Shown here: positions 20,027 to 30,481 of the stretch, piece by piece | How positions within the stretch are numbered: position 1 is the first letter of the stretch | Layout: each line of letters opens with the position of its first letter | The notes under the pieces: generated by a model | What the model saw: only the letters and a program-made list of their open reading frames with translations | What the model was told of the DNA's origin: nothing | The model's database searches: none | DNA from: a phage | Reading direction: 5' to 3' (one strand) | Sequence record: PZ452582.1 | Length of the DNA stretch: 64,000 bases | Made by a program: the position numbers and the translations under genes

Positions 20027-20209
20027 ATGGAATTGGTAAAGGTAGTTTTTATGGGGTGGTTTAAGAATGAAAGCATGTTTACTAAAGAAACCACAATGAT
20101 GAAAGATGACGTTCAATGGGCTACTACTCAATATGCTGAAGTTAATAAAGCATTAGTTAAAGCTTTCATTGATGACAAGAAAGTATGTGAAGTAGATTGC
20201 CGAGGATAA
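20027..20209 (+). CDS. dmd: Dmd antitoxin (inhibitor of host RnlA/LsoA toxins)
   Basis: 60 aa MELVKVVFMGWFKNESMFTKE...; length and position next to gene 41 as T4 61.5/dmd; sequence recall not fully certain. Confidence 0.75.
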   Translation: MELVKVVFMGWFKNESMFTKETTMMKDDVQWATTQYAEVNKALVKAFIDDKKVCEVDCRG

Positions 20210-20210
20210 T

Positions 20211-20468
20211 ATGCATATTGTTTTATTTAAACCTACTCCGTATAACGTCAGGAAAAATACGCAATTCAAAGCACTTATTGCAGATACGTGGGAATTGGTG
20301 CTAGATATTCCAACAGAAGAAAGTCCTCCATTTGGTCGAGTGGAATTTATTAAGTTTGCTGTACGTCCTACGAAGAGGCAGATTCGTCAGTGTAAAAGGT
20401 ATTTTCGTAAAATCGTCAAGTTAGAGAAACAGTTTGTAACATGTGATTATGCAGAAGTTTTAAAATAG
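20211..20468 (+). CDS. hypothetical basic protein (61.4 position; possibly TifA-like)
   Basis: 85 aa; basic segment RPTKRQIRQCKRYFRK; adjacent to dmd. Confidence 0.5.
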   Translation: MHIVLFKPTPYNVRKNTQFKALIADTWELVLDIPTEESPPFGRVEFIKFAVRPTKRQIRQCKRYFRKIVKLEKQFVTCDYAEVLK

Positions 20469-20470
20469 CT

Positions 20471-20500
20471 GTTTACTTTTGTTGGAAATTGAGATACTAT
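20471..20500 (+). promoter_or_regulatory. early promoter
   Basis: GTTTAC 20471-20476, 17-nt spacer, TACTAT 20495-20500. Confidence 0.5.
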
Positions 20501-20528
20501 ATAAACATAAACTACTGAGGAGATTATC

Positions 20529-20822
20529 ATGAAAAAATTTATCTTTGCTGCAATTTTTGCTTTAGCTTCTTGTGCTGCTCAGCCTGCTATGGCAGGTTAT
20601 GATAAAGATTTGTGTGAATGGTCTATGACTGCGGATCAGACTGAAGTTGAAACTCAAATTGAAGCGGATATTATGAATATCGTTGAGCGCGATCGTCCTG
20701 AAATGAAAGCTGAAGTGCAAAAACAGCTTAAGTCTGGTGGTGTAATGCAGTATAATTATGTTCTGTATTGCGATAAAAACTTTAATAACAAAAATATCGT
20801 AACCGAAATCACAGGTGAATAA
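20529..20822 (+). CDS. sp: Spackle periplasmic superinfection-exclusion protein (putative)
   Basis: 97 aa with cleavable signal peptide MKKFIFAAIFALASCAAQPAMA; length and 61.3 position. Confidence 0.7.
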   Translation: MKKFIFAAIFALASCAAQPAMAGYDKDLCEWSMTADQTEVETQIEADIMNIVERDRPEMKAEVQKQLKSGGVMQYNYVLYCDKNFNNKNIVTEITGE

Positions 20823-20823
20823 T

Positions 20824-21456
20824 ATGATTTATTATATGCACAAAAATCCACCGTTTAAATACGGTAAATTTCCTGATGCACAATGTTATAATATAACGCC
20901 TGATGAAAATAACCGTGGATATCTTATTGGCACAATTTTTGTAATTGTTAAAGATAACGAAATCGTTGCCTGGGCAGATTTTAAAGGTACAACACATGAT
21001 GTTAATCCGGTGCCTTTCACATATTACAATATAATGGATTTGGCATATGATTATAATTGGTTTAATCATGACACGTTGGCTCATATTGAAGGTGTAGGAT
21101 TTGACATCTCTTATTCTAGCTACTCATTGTGTCCTATGAGTCGGGCTCATAAAGAACCTGAATATTTTTCATTTAGGAAACGTGTAAACTTTAAACGCAA
21201 CACAGAGTATGTCGGTGGAATATTTGTTAAAGATAATCGAATTATTCGTATTAATTATCCTTTGAGCGTTAGTCAAAAAGATATTGATGTTGATTTAGAT
21301 TTCACTGAAAATAATATTAATCATATTGCTTCTGTGTATTTTGGTATCGATCACAAAATTGTAATATGTGGATATGAATTACCGTTTGAAGAACAGCCTA
21401 AAGTAAATGTTTCTATTGATGACCAAATTTTTAATGCTTTTATGAATAAAGGTTAA
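20824..21456 (+). CDS. hypothetical protein (61.2 position)
   Basis: 210 aa from ATG 20824; C-terminal tail SIDDQIFNAFMNKG shared with the next ORF. Confidence 0.55.
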   Translation: MIYYMHKNPPFKYGKFPDAQCYNITPDENNRGYLIGTIFVIVKDNEIVAWADFKGTTHDVNPVPFTYYNIMDLAYDYNWFNHDTLAHIEGVGFDISYSSYSLCPMSRAHKEPEYFSFRKRVNFKRNTEYVGGIFVKDNRIIRINYPLSVSQKDIDVDLDFTENNINHIASVYFGIDHKIVICGYELPFEEQPKVNVSIDDQIFNAFMNKG

Positions 21457-21460
21457 TATG
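21412..21460 (+). repeat. 49-bp direct repeat, copy 1
   Basis: tctattgatgaccaaatttttaatgcttttatgaataaaggttaatatg; near-identical copy at 21770-21818. Confidence 0.85.
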
Positions 21461-21814
21461 TATAGTTCTGAATTTTCATATTTAAAAATGGAAAAAATTT
21501 CATACGATTTTATAGATGAAAAGGTTTATTACAGTTTCCATGAACCACGTTTTAATAGTGAGGTTGGGTTTATTGTAGTAAAAGACAATTTTATTTTAAA
21601 AATATATTCAGCATTAAAGGATTTTCATTACGAAAATATTAACCTAAAATTTAATAAAGAAAACGTTCGTAATTGCGCAGTAACAATTACGGGAAATAAA
21701 GGTACATGTGTTATGCTATCTGATGAAATTAATGATTTGCTAAATGATGCAGAAAATATTACTGCACCATCTATTGATGACCAAATTTTTAATGCTTTTA
21801 TGAATAGAGGTTAA
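21458..21814 (+). CDS. hypothetical protein (61.1 position)
   Basis: 118-aa ORF bounded on both sides by the 49-bp direct repeat. Confidence 0.5.
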   Translation: MYSSEFSYLKMEKISYDFIDEKVYYSFHEPRFNSEVGFIVVKDNFILKIYSALKDFHYENINLKFNKENVRNCAVTITGNKGTCVMLSDEINDLLNDAENITAPSIDDQIFNAFMNRG

Positions 21815-21818
21815 TATG
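21770..21818 (+). repeat. 49-bp direct repeat, copy 2
   Basis: One mismatch to copy 1 (AGA versus AAA); spans the last 13 codons, the stop and the next start. Confidence 0.85.
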
Positions 21819-21980
21819 AAAACATATAAAGAATTTATCAAAGAAGATATGGTCGCTGGAGATTCAGGTGGTAGTCCTGAAAATATCTCTACTGGAACAA
21901 CGTCAGGCGCTGTAGTAAATAAAGGTCCTGAACAGATTCCTAAAAAGAAAAAAGAGGAATCTAAAGAAAAAGAAGAGTAA
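21816..21980 (+). CDS. small K/E-rich protein (not in ORF track)
   Basis: 54-aa ORF MKTYKEFIKEDMVAGDSGGSPEN..., ends 3 nt before primase ATG. Confidence 0.35.
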   Translation: MKTYKEFIKEDMVAGDSGGSPENISTGTTSGAVVNKGPEQIPKKKKEESKEKEE

Positions 21981-21983
21981 AGA

Positions 21984-23012
21984 ATGTCATCAATACCTTG
22001 GATTGATAATGAGTTTGCATACCGTGCATTAGCTCATTTACCTAAATTCACACAAGTAAATAATAGTTCAACTTTTAAATTACGGTTTAGATGCCCTGTT
22101 TGTGGAGATTCAAAAACCGACCAAAATAAAGCCCGTGGATGGTATTATGGTGATAATAATGAAGGAAATATTCATTGTTATAACTGTAACTATCATGCAC
22201 CAATCGGAATATATTTAAAGGAGTTTGAACCTGATTTATATCGTGAGTATATCTTTGAAATAAGAAAAGAAAAAGGTAAAAGTCGTCCAGTAGAAAAACC
22301 TAAAGAACTTCCTAAACAACTTGAGAAGAAAATAATTAAATCTCTTCCGTCATGTGTTAGATTAGATAAACTGGCGGAAGACCATCCAATTATAAAATAT
22401 GTAAAAGCTCGTTGTATTCCAAAGGATAAATGGAAATATCTTTGGTTTACAACCGAATGGCCTAAATTAGTTAATAGCATAGCACCGGGAACATATAAAA
22501 AGGAAATACCTGAGCCTCGTCTTGTTATTCCAATTTATAATGCTAATGGAAAAGCTGAGTCTTTTCAAGGACGTGCATTAAAGAAAGATGCTCCCCAAAA
22601 ATATATCACCATCAAAGCTTATCCTGAAGCAACAAAAATCTATGGAGTCGAACGAGTTAAAGATGGTGATGTATATGTTCTAGAAGGACCTATAGATTCA
22701 CTTTTTATTGAAAATGGTATAGCTATTACGGGTGGTCAATTAGACCTAGAAGTTGTTCCATTTAAAGATAGACGTGTGTGGGTTTTAGATAATGAACCTC
22801 GTCATCCTGACACTATTAAGCGAATGACTAAATTAGTTGATGCAGGAGAAAGGGTTATGTTTTGGGATAAATCTCCCTGGAAATCAAAAGATGTTAATGA
22901 TATGATTAGAAAGGAAGGTGCAACCCCTGAACAAATTATGGAATATATGAAAAATAATATTGCACAGGGGTTGATGGCTAAAATGCGGCTATCTAAATAT
23001 GCCAAGATTTAA
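21984..23012 (+). CDS. 61: gp61 DNA primase
   Basis: 342 aa; zinc ribbon CPVCGDS...CYNC; TOPRIM region; T4 gp61 length. Confidence 0.93.
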   Translation: MSSIPWIDNEFAYRALAHLPKFTQVNNSSTFKLRFRCPVCGDSKTDQNKARGWYYGDNNEGNIHCYNCNYHAPIGIYLKEFEPDLYREYIFEIRKEKGKSRPVEKPKELPKQLEKKIIKSLPSCVRLDKLAEDHPIIKYVKARCIPKDKWKYLWFTTEWPKLVNSIAPGTYKKEIPEPRLVIPIYNANGKAESFQGRALKKDAPQKYITIKAYPEATKIYGVERVKDGDVYVLEGPIDSLFIENGIAITGGQLDLEVVPFKDRRVWVLDNEPRHPDTIKRMTKLVDAGERVMFWDKSPWKSKDVNDMIRKEGATPEQIMEYMKNNIAQGLMAKMRLSKYAKI

Positions 23013-23209
23013 ATTAACCCAACTAAAGCAAATGCTAGATCTACGAATGTATCAAGAGTAACCACTGGAATATTAATACCATGTGCAATTGCAATAGGTG
23101 ATAGAATAAAGTTCCAGAGTAAAATTCCTACCATAGCAGAAATAGTAAAAGCTATACGTTTTTTATTACCTTTTATGGCATTAACAAGTGCCATTAATTT
23201 TTGTACCAT
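23009..23209 (-). CDS. small membrane protein, antisense to the operon direction
   Basis: 66 aa, two hydrophobic segments; strong SD AAGGAGG 5 nt before ATG; convergent with primase, overlapping by 4 nt. Confidence 0.45.
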   Translation of the reverse strand: MVQKLMALVNAIKGNKKRIAFTISAMVGILLWNFILSPIAIAHGINIPVVTLDTFVDLAFALVGLI

Positions 23210-23253
23210 ATGTCCTCCTTTAAATTAATATTTATCACAAATTTCATAAATTT

Positions 23254-23283
23254 GTTTACTTTCTCAGCTTGTTATGGTATTAT
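23254..23283 (+). promoter_or_regulatory. early promoter
   Basis: GTTTAC 23254-23259, 17-nt spacer, TATTAT 23278-23283; palindrome ACAAATTT-cat-AAATTTGT (23239-23257) overlaps the -35. Confidence 0.55.
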
Positions 23284-23308
23284 AAAATAAATTGCTGAGG
23301 ATGATATA

Positions 23309-24648
<1,340 letters not shown>

Positions 24649-24708
24649 CTGCTTACATATTCAAATGATATAATTATTTAACTTATTAATGAATTGAAAG
24701 GAAAAATA

Positions 24709-25227
24709 ATGGCTCACTTTAATGAATGTGCTCATTTGATCGAAGGTGTTGATAAAGCAAATCGTGCATATGCTGAGAATATTATGCACAATATTGACCC
24801 ACTGCAGGTTATGCTTGACATGCAGCGGCATTTACAGATTCGTTTGGCTAATGATAAACCAGAAACAAATCGTCATCCTGATTCACTTGAAACTGCAGGA
24901 GAAGTTCTTGCTTGGTTGCGAAACCAAGACGATTATATCGCAGATGAAACCCGCGAGTTATATACTTCTCTTGGTGGTATGAGTAATGGCGAAAAAGAAG
25001 CTTCTGCTGTATGGAAACCTTGGAAGAAACGTTATTCTGAAATGCAATCCAAGAAAATTCAAGATTTATCTCCCGAAGATCAGCTTGAAATTAAATTTGA
25101 ACTTATTGACCAATTTCATTTTTTCATGAATAAATTTATTGCTCTTGGAATGTCAGCTGAAGAAATCTTTAAACTTTATTACCTGAAAAATGCTGAAAAC
25201 TTCGCTCGTCAAGACCGAGGTTATTAA
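24709..25227 (+). CDS. 56: gp56 dCTPase/dUTPase (MazG-like)
   Basis: 172 aa from ATG 24709 (MAHFNECAHLIEGV...); position after dam as in T4. Confidence 0.9.
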   Translation: MAHFNECAHLIEGVDKANRAYAENIMHNIDPLQVMLDMQRHLQIRLANDKPETNRHPDSLETAGEVLAWLRNQDDYIADETRELYTSLGGMSNGEKEASAVWKPWKKRYSEMQSKKIQDLSPEDQLEIKFELIDQFHFFMNKFIALGMSAEEIFKLYYLKNAENFARQDRGY

Positions 25228-25421
25228 TGGCTCGTTTAAATAAGCGTCAGCTTAAGAAAGCCCATAAGAAACGTATTGACCAGCTATTTAAAGATTATAA
25301 CAAAGAGCTCGTGTGTGAGCTCTTAACTAATCAACTTCGTATGGTTGAAATTATAGAAGGTCCTGACGAAATTTTTGTCAGTGAAGAAGCTTTAAAATTA
25401 ATTATAGAGCATTCAAAATGA
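25227..25421 (+). CDS. hypothetical protein
   Basis: 64-aa basic ORF, start overlaps gene 56 stop. Confidence 0.4.
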   Translation: MARLNKRQLKKAHKKRIDQLFKDYNKELVCELLTNQLRMVEIIEGPDEIFVSEEALKLIIEHSK

Positions 25422-25627
25422 AATTTGATTTTTATGCATGGCAAAAAGCTGGGAGACCAGCTACTCGAGCATTTGGTTCTGATGGATATAATATTAGAGC
25501 CCATTGGAAATTTAATGCTCCAGAAGATTATTCTCCGGTAATTATTAACGGCGATGTTGTTATATTAACTAAAATCGGGTATTTTAACGTTCCGCGAGAA
25601 TTTATTATAAATAATCATGTAATTTAA
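25418..25627 (+). CDS. hypothetical protein
   Basis: 69-aa ORF. Confidence 0.4.
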   Translation: MKFDFYAWQKAGRPATRAFGSDGYNIRAHWKFNAPEDYSPVIINGDVVILTKIGYFNVPREFIINNHVI

Positions 25628-25643
25628 ATAAAAGGAGAATTAC

Positions 25644-25889
25644 ATGGCTAGTACTCGCGGTTATGTTAATATTAAAACATTTGAGCAGAAATTAGATGGA
25701 AATAAGAAAATTGAAGGAAAGGAAATTTCTGTAGCTTTCCCTCTTTATTCTGACGTTCACAAAATTTCTGGTGCTCATTACCAGACGTTCCCTTCAGAAA
25801 AAGCAGCATATTCTACAGTATATGAAGAAAATCAACGTACTGAATGGATTGCTGCAAATGAAGATTTGTGGAAAGTAACTGGTGAATAA
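25644..25889 (+). CDS. soc: Soc small outer capsid protein
   Basis: 81 aa MASTRGYVNIKTFEQKLDGNKKIEGKEISVAFPLYSD...; sequence recall of T4 Soc. Confidence 0.9.
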   Translation: MASTRGYVNIKTFEQKLDGNKKIEGKEISVAFPLYSDVHKISGAHYQTFPSEKAAYSTVYEENQRTEWIAANEDLWKVTGE

Positions 25890-25895
25890 ATGCAA

Positions 25896-25918
25896 GGACT
25901 CCTTCGGGAGTCCTTTTT
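25896..25918 (+). terminator. intrinsic terminator GGACTCC-TTCG-GGAGTCC-TTTTT
   Basis: 7-bp stem, UUCG loop, T5 tail right after soc. Confidence 0.75.
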
Positions 25919-25928
25919 CATTTAAACG

Positions 25929-25958
25929 GTTTACATATCAAAATGAGTATGGTATAAT
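25929..25958 (+). promoter_or_regulatory. early promoter
   Basis: GTTTAC 25929-25934, 17-nt spacer, TATAAT 25953-25958. Confidence 0.55.
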
Positions 25959-25984
25959 AGAATTATCTTATAGAGGAGAGCACT

Positions 25985-26191
25985 ATGTTAAATCGCTGGA
26001 TTAAACCAAATGAAGATTTAGATATTATCATTTCACGACATGTAATGAAGAAATATGAACTACAGCCATGGTCTACAGAAGTTGTTGTGCATTCATTTAT
26101 GATGTACGCAGATGGTTCTGTTGAATTTAATGCAGAGATTCGATATGATTATGGCGAGAAGCAAGTCGAATTTAAGAGAGGCTTTTTGTAA
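25985..26191 (+). CDS. hypothetical protein
   Basis: 68-aa ORF. Confidence 0.4.
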   Translation: MLNRWIKPNEDLDIIISRHVMKKYELQPWSTEVVVHSFMMYADGSVEFNAEIRYDYGEKQVEFKRGFL

Positions 26192-26523
26192 TGTTTATCT
26201 TTAATTGGTTTAAAAGTTTCTTTACAGATTTTTTCTCTACGACTCCTGGAGAAGGTGTAGTTCCTATTTCAAATGACTACCTTCCTTTAACTGTAGTTGA
26301 GTATGTTTATATGGGAGATGGAACAGTAGAAGCAGTCACTATGACTTATGAAGAAGCCCAAGAATATTATAAAAATCCTTGGCGCTGGTCAACACCTACT
26401 ACATCATCTAATACACAGTCTAGTTCTGATTCATATGATACAAATGTCCCTGTTCATGTATGGGCAGGTGATTCATGCGGAAGTTCTTGTGATTCTAGCT
26501 GTTCATCTACATCTTGTGATTGA
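26191..26523 (+). CDS. hypothetical protein with Ser/Cys-rich C-terminal tail
   Basis: 110 aa; tail [13 protein letters not shown]...[18 protein letters not shown]. Confidence 0.45.
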   Translation: MFIFNWFKSFFTDFFSTTPGEGVVPISNDYLPLTVVEYVYMGDGTVEAVTMTYEEAQEYYKNPWRWSTPTTSSNTQSSSDSYDTNVPVHVWAGDSCGSSCDSSCSSTSCD

Positions 26524-26531
26524 GGAAAATT

Positions 26532-27017
26532 ATGGAAGCAATTTTGTTTGAAATGTATATTAGCAGTAATAGCATGTCGTTTGCTAAAGATGTTCCAATT
26601 ACTGTAGCCGTAGTGATTGATAAGGGTTATTGTAACCCTATGTATCTCGTAGAAAATTTCGTTTCAATGCCAGTTCCAGAAGATGTTGAAATAAAACTTA
26701 AAAAGATCGGAATTATTGAAACTGTGCCAAATAGTCCGTTTAGAGCAATTGAAGCATTTACTAAATCCGAATACATTAATGTTAGCGCAGAACAATATAA
26801 TGGTAATCCTTTATCTTTTTATTCGTACGATTCAGTATATGACTGGAAAATAAATGAAGGAAATAAATTTATAATTGCGAGTGAAGATGCTTTATCATAC
26901 TTTATTTATTATGTATGGAATAATTTAAATCCAAAATTGCTAAAAATTCATGAATTTGACGATGCTCCTACTATTGTTTTAGGTAAAACAAATGAAAGTT
27001 CTGAAGAAAATGCTTGA
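26532..27017 (+). CDS. hypothetical protein (position and 161-aa length consistent with T4 Mrh)
   Basis: ATG 26532 (MEAILFEMY...); assignment by location only. Confidence 0.5.
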   Translation: MEAILFEMYISSNSMSFAKDVPITVAVVIDKGYCNPMYLVENFVSMPVPEDVEIKLKKIGIIETVPNSPFRAIEAFTKSEYINVSAEQYNGNPLSFYSYDSVYDWKINEGNKFIIASEDALSYFIYYVWNNLNPKLLKIHEFDDAPTIVLGKTNESSEENA

Positions 27018-27348
27018 ATGGTTCAATAGACCAAACTCAATGTATATTGACGATGGTTGGGTTGAACAAGCAAATAAAGAAATGCAGAACGAATCGGAAG
27101 AATGGATGAAATCAATGATTAGTGCTGAGAAAGAAAAGAAATTAGAACGCTCAGCGCTTAAATTGATGAGAGACATCTATGGTGATAAATCATGAGCAAA
27201 GATATGACATTGGAAGAGGCTAAAGCAAAAGCAAATGAAGCAATGGATTTGCTTCTTAAAATTGGTAGTAAAATGATGGAAGAAAATGAGAAATATATCC
27301 AGGAAAATAAAATTCCTGACGGTCCATTAGTAGGCAAAAGGAAATCAC

Positions 27349-27819
27349 ATGATTGAAGTAGCAAAACTATATTCAATAGAATTTATGTCTAAAGAAGGTA
27401 AATCAGTAAATACACTTGATAAAAAATGCTCATTAATTATTCCTTTGGCAGAAAATCCGGATTTTTTAATTAAAGATATAAAAGAAAGAAAATATCCAGA
27501 AAATATTATTCTAATTATAAAGCATACTGAAGATATTTTGCAGAATACTGATTCGCCGTTTTCTTCTTCTGAAGCTTTAACTATTAAAGGCTATAAAAGA
27601 GCCCATGAATATGGTCTTTTTGACATGTTTGAAGACGATAAAGTTAAATTAGTGAGTCAACCTTCTAAAAGTAAAACATTCATTATTGAAGATATTAAAG
27701 ATATAAATGCATTTGTTAAGATGGTCTGGGCTCATTTTGATGTTGGACTACGTTGGAGAATGTCCGAAGAAGAAAGAAAGATTATTGAAGCTAATCGTCA
27801 ATTTGGTTTTTATCGCTAG
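27349..27819 (+). CDS. hypothetical protein
   Basis: 156-aa ORF. Confidence 0.45.
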   Translation: MIEVAKLYSIEFMSKEGKSVNTLDKKCSLIIPLAENPDFLIKDIKERKYPENIILIIKHTEDILQNTDSPFSSSEALTIKGYKRAHEYGLFDMFEDDKVKLVSQPSKSKTFIIEDIKDINAFVKMVWAHFDVGLRWRMSEEERKIIEANRQFGFYR

Positions 27820-27827
27820 GAATTAGT

Positions 27828-28010
27828 ATGGATTTATTTGAGATGTTAGAAGATAATCATTCTACGAATATCCAGAATGATTCTAGTGATTATAAGAAAG
27901 AATACCGTATAGTATTACAGAATTATGGAATTGAAGCCCCAGATGCTCTTCTAGAAGAACTAGCTTCATACCATCTTGACCCTCCGCCTTGGGCTCCCTG
28001 GGCAAAATAA
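27828..28010 (+). CDS. hypothetical small acidic protein
   Basis: 60-aa ORF. Confidence 0.35.
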   Translation: MDLFEMLEDNHSTNIQNDSSDYKKEYRIVLQNYGIEAPDALLEELASYHLDPPPWAPWAK

Positions 28011-28021
28011 TTCAAAAAGTT

Positions 28022-28051
28022 GTTTACTTTCCTTTCTAACGATGATATGAT
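28022..28051 (+). promoter_or_regulatory. early promoter
   Basis: GTTTAC 28022-28027, 17-nt spacer, TATGAT 28046-28051. Confidence 0.5.
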
Positions 28052-28077
28052 AGCTTCTGAAGTATACGGAGGCTATC

Positions 28078-28701
28078 ATGATTATTAATCCTGCAGATGT
28101 TGAACAGTTATCTATAAAAGCTGAAAGCGTTGATTTTCAATATGATATGTATAAAAAAGTCTGTGAAAAATTTACTGACTTCGAGCAGTCTGTTCTTTGG
28201 CAATGTATGGAAGCCAAAAAGAATGAAGCTCTTCACAGACAGTTGAATAAAATCATTAAAAAGCATTTAACTAAATCGCCTTATCAATTATATCGTGGTA
28301 TATCAAAATCGACAAAAGAACTTATTAAAGATTTACAGGTTGGAGAAGTGTTTTCAACGAACAGGGTAGATTCATTTACTACTAGTTTACACACAGCGTG
28401 TTCTTTTTCTTATGCTGAATATTTCACTGAAACAATACTTCATTTAAAAACTGATAAAGCTTTTAATTATTCTGACCATATCAGCGATATTATACTTTCT
28501 TCTCCTAATACTGAGTTTAAGTATACATATGAAGATACTGATGGATTAGATTCAGAGCGTACTGATAACTTAATGATGATTGTGCATGAACAAGAATGGA
28601 TGATTCCAATTGGAAAGTATAAAATAACTTCTATTTCAAAAGAAAAATTACACGATTCATTTGGAACATTTAAAGTTTATGATATTGAGGTAATTGAATG
28701 A
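28078..28701 (+). CDS. modB: ModB-like ADP-ribosyltransferase
   Basis: 207 aa; R-S-EXE pattern (YRG ... STN ... EQEWMIP); tandem with modA-like paralog. Confidence 0.75.
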   Translation: MIINPADVEQLSIKAESVDFQYDMYKKVCEKFTDFEQSVLWQCMEAKKNEALHRQLNKIIKKHLTKSPYQLYRGISKSTKELIKDLQVGEVFSTNRVDSFTTSLHTACSFSYAEYFTETILHLKTDKAFNYSDHISDIILSSPNTEFKYTYEDTDGLDSERTDNLMMIVHEQEWMIPIGKYKITSISKEKLHDSFGTFKVYDIEVIE

Positions 28702-29300
28702 AATACTCAGTAATGCAACTAAAAGATTTTAAAATAAAATCAATGGATGCATCGGTGCGTGCTTCTATTCGTGAAGAATTACTTTCTGAAGGGTTTAATT
28801 TATCTGAAATTGAACTTTTAATTCATTGTATTACCAACAAACCAGATGACCATACTTGGTTAAATGAAATAATCAAATCTCGTTTGGTTCCAAACGATAA
28901 ACCTCTTTGGAGAGGTGTTCCAGCTGAGACTAAGCAGGTGTTAAATCAAGGAATTGATATTATTACATTTGATAAAGTCGTATCAGCTTCATATGATAAA
29001 AATATAGCTCTACATTTTGCTTCCGGTTTAGAGTATAACACACAAGTTATTTTTGAATTCAAAGCTCCTATGGTATTCAATTTCCAGGAGTATGCTATAA
29101 AAGCTCTACGCTGTAAAGAATACAATCCAAACTTTAAGTTTCCGGATAGCCATCGTTATCGTAATATGGAATTAGTTTCAGATGAACAAGAAGTAATGAT
29201 ACCAGCTGGAAGTGTATTTAGAATTGCAGATAGATATGAGTATAAAAAGTATTCAACATACACTATCTATACTCTTGATTTTGAAGGATTTAATCTATAA
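28698..29300 (+). CDS. modA: ModA-like ADP-ribosyltransferase
   Basis: 200 aa; WRG ... SAS ... EQEVMIP; overlaps modB stop. Confidence 0.75.
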   Translation: MKYSVMQLKDFKIKSMDASVRASIREELLSEGFNLSEIELLIHCITNKPDDHTWLNEIIKSRLVPNDKPLWRGVPAETKQVLNQGIDIITFDKVVSASYDKNIALHFASGLEYNTQVIFEFKAPMVFNFQEYAIKALRCKEYNPNFKFPDSHRYRNMELVSDEQEVMIPAGSVFRIADRYEYKKYSTYTIYTLDFEGFNL

Positions 29301-29356
29301 TGGAAGGACTTAGATTCATTATACCATGAAATTTTTGAAGCATTTTTCATAAAATT

Positions 29357-29386
29357 GTTTACAAGCCAAGGTAAAAATGTTATAGT
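29357..29386 (+). promoter_or_regulatory. early promoter
   Basis: GTTTAC 29357-29362, 17-nt spacer, TATAGT 29381-29386. Confidence 0.5.
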
Positions 29387-29421
29387 ATAGTAGTCAATCG
29401 TCCGTAAGATGTGAGAAAAAT

Positions 29422-30168
29422 ATGAAACTGTCTAATAATCAAATTCGTAAAATTAAACGTCGTTTAGAGCACACTCAGGCATCTGCAAAAAGACGTTCTA
29501 AAGATTTTAACTTAGACTTCAATTACATTAAGAACATTTTAGACCAAAAAGTTTGCGCTTACTCGGGAGAACCTTTTGATAATCGTATTGAAGGAGAGAA
29601 ATTATCATTAGAACGTTTTGATAATAACGTTGGATACATTAAAGGGAATGTTATTGCAGTAAAGAAAAAGTATAATACATTTCGTTCTGATTATACTTTA
29701 GAGGAGTTGATTGAAAAACGTGATTTGTTTGCTTTGCGAATTGGTCGTTCATCTGCGAAAAAAGTTCATAAACTAAATTTAGATGAAAAGAAATGGGCTA
29801 AAATCAAAAAGACTTATAATCAAATTAAAGCTATACAGAAAAAACGTGAAAACCGAATTGAACACATTTCTCAGCTTTCTAAATCAAAACAGACCTCTGA
29901 CATTAAGCTAAGAATTATAGCACTTAAAGCTCGTATTGATGGTTCTCGTATAGCAGAAGGCGCTGAAGTTGTTAAATTGAACGTTCTTCTTAAAGGCTCG
30001 GATTGGAAAACTGTGAAAAAGTTGTCAGAAGCAGAAATGCAATATGATATGTGTGATAAAATTATTCAAGGTGTAGAGCGGTATCAAAACTTGTCTTTTA
30101 TTGATAAACTTAAACTGAAAAGAGGATATCCGCTGAATTGTTCAATTTTTAAACTTATCCGAGGATAA
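29422..30168 (+). CDS. srd: Srd-like protein (putative)
   Basis: 248-aa basic protein between modA and dda as in T4; assignment by position. Confidence 0.55.
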   Translation: MKLSNNQIRKIKRRLEHTQASAKRRSKDFNLDFNYIKNILDQKVCAYSGEPFDNRIEGEKLSLERFDNNVGYIKGNVIAVKKKYNTFRSDYTLEELIEKRDLFALRIGRSSAKKVHKLNLDEKKWAKIKKTYNQIKAIQKKRENRIEHISQLSKSKQTSDIKLRIIALKARIDGSRIAEGAEVVKLNVLLKGSDWKTVKKLSEAEMQYDMCDKIIQGVERYQNLSFIDKLKLKRGYPLNCSIFKLIRG

Positions 30169-30169
30169 T

Positions 30170-30481
30170 ATGGTTTATGTATATGCGATAGTTTACCGAG
30201 ACAAAGACGGATTTACGGCGCCAGTTCCACTTGATGAACATCGTCCTGCTGTGTTTTTTGAAAGAGAGATTGCTGATAGAGTTTTTACTACTCTCAAAGA
30301 CCAATATAAATTAGCTTTAGGTATGGGAATTCCAAGATTAGTTGAGACTCCACGCAAGTTTTGGTTTAATAAAATAGAAGTTAAACATGTTAAGCCTGAC
30401 GTAGACACACAAAGATTATATCAGCGAATTTTAGATACTGGGCGTATTGTTAGTATACCAATTGCAGGGACTTTCCGATGA
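30170..30481 (+). CDS. hypothetical protein (dda.1 position)
   Basis: 103-aa ORF, overlaps dda start. Confidence 0.5.
   Translation: MVYVYAIVYRDKDGFTAPVPLDEHRPAVFFEREIADRVFTTLKDQYKLALGMGIPRLVETPRKFWFNKIEVKHVKPDVDTQRLYQRILDTGRIVSIPIAGTFR

Noticed and set aside
25227-25627. Replication origin (oriA-like) between gene 56 and soc
   Set aside because: The location would be consistent with T4 oriA, but I could not see iterons or other sequence evidence, so no origin is annotated
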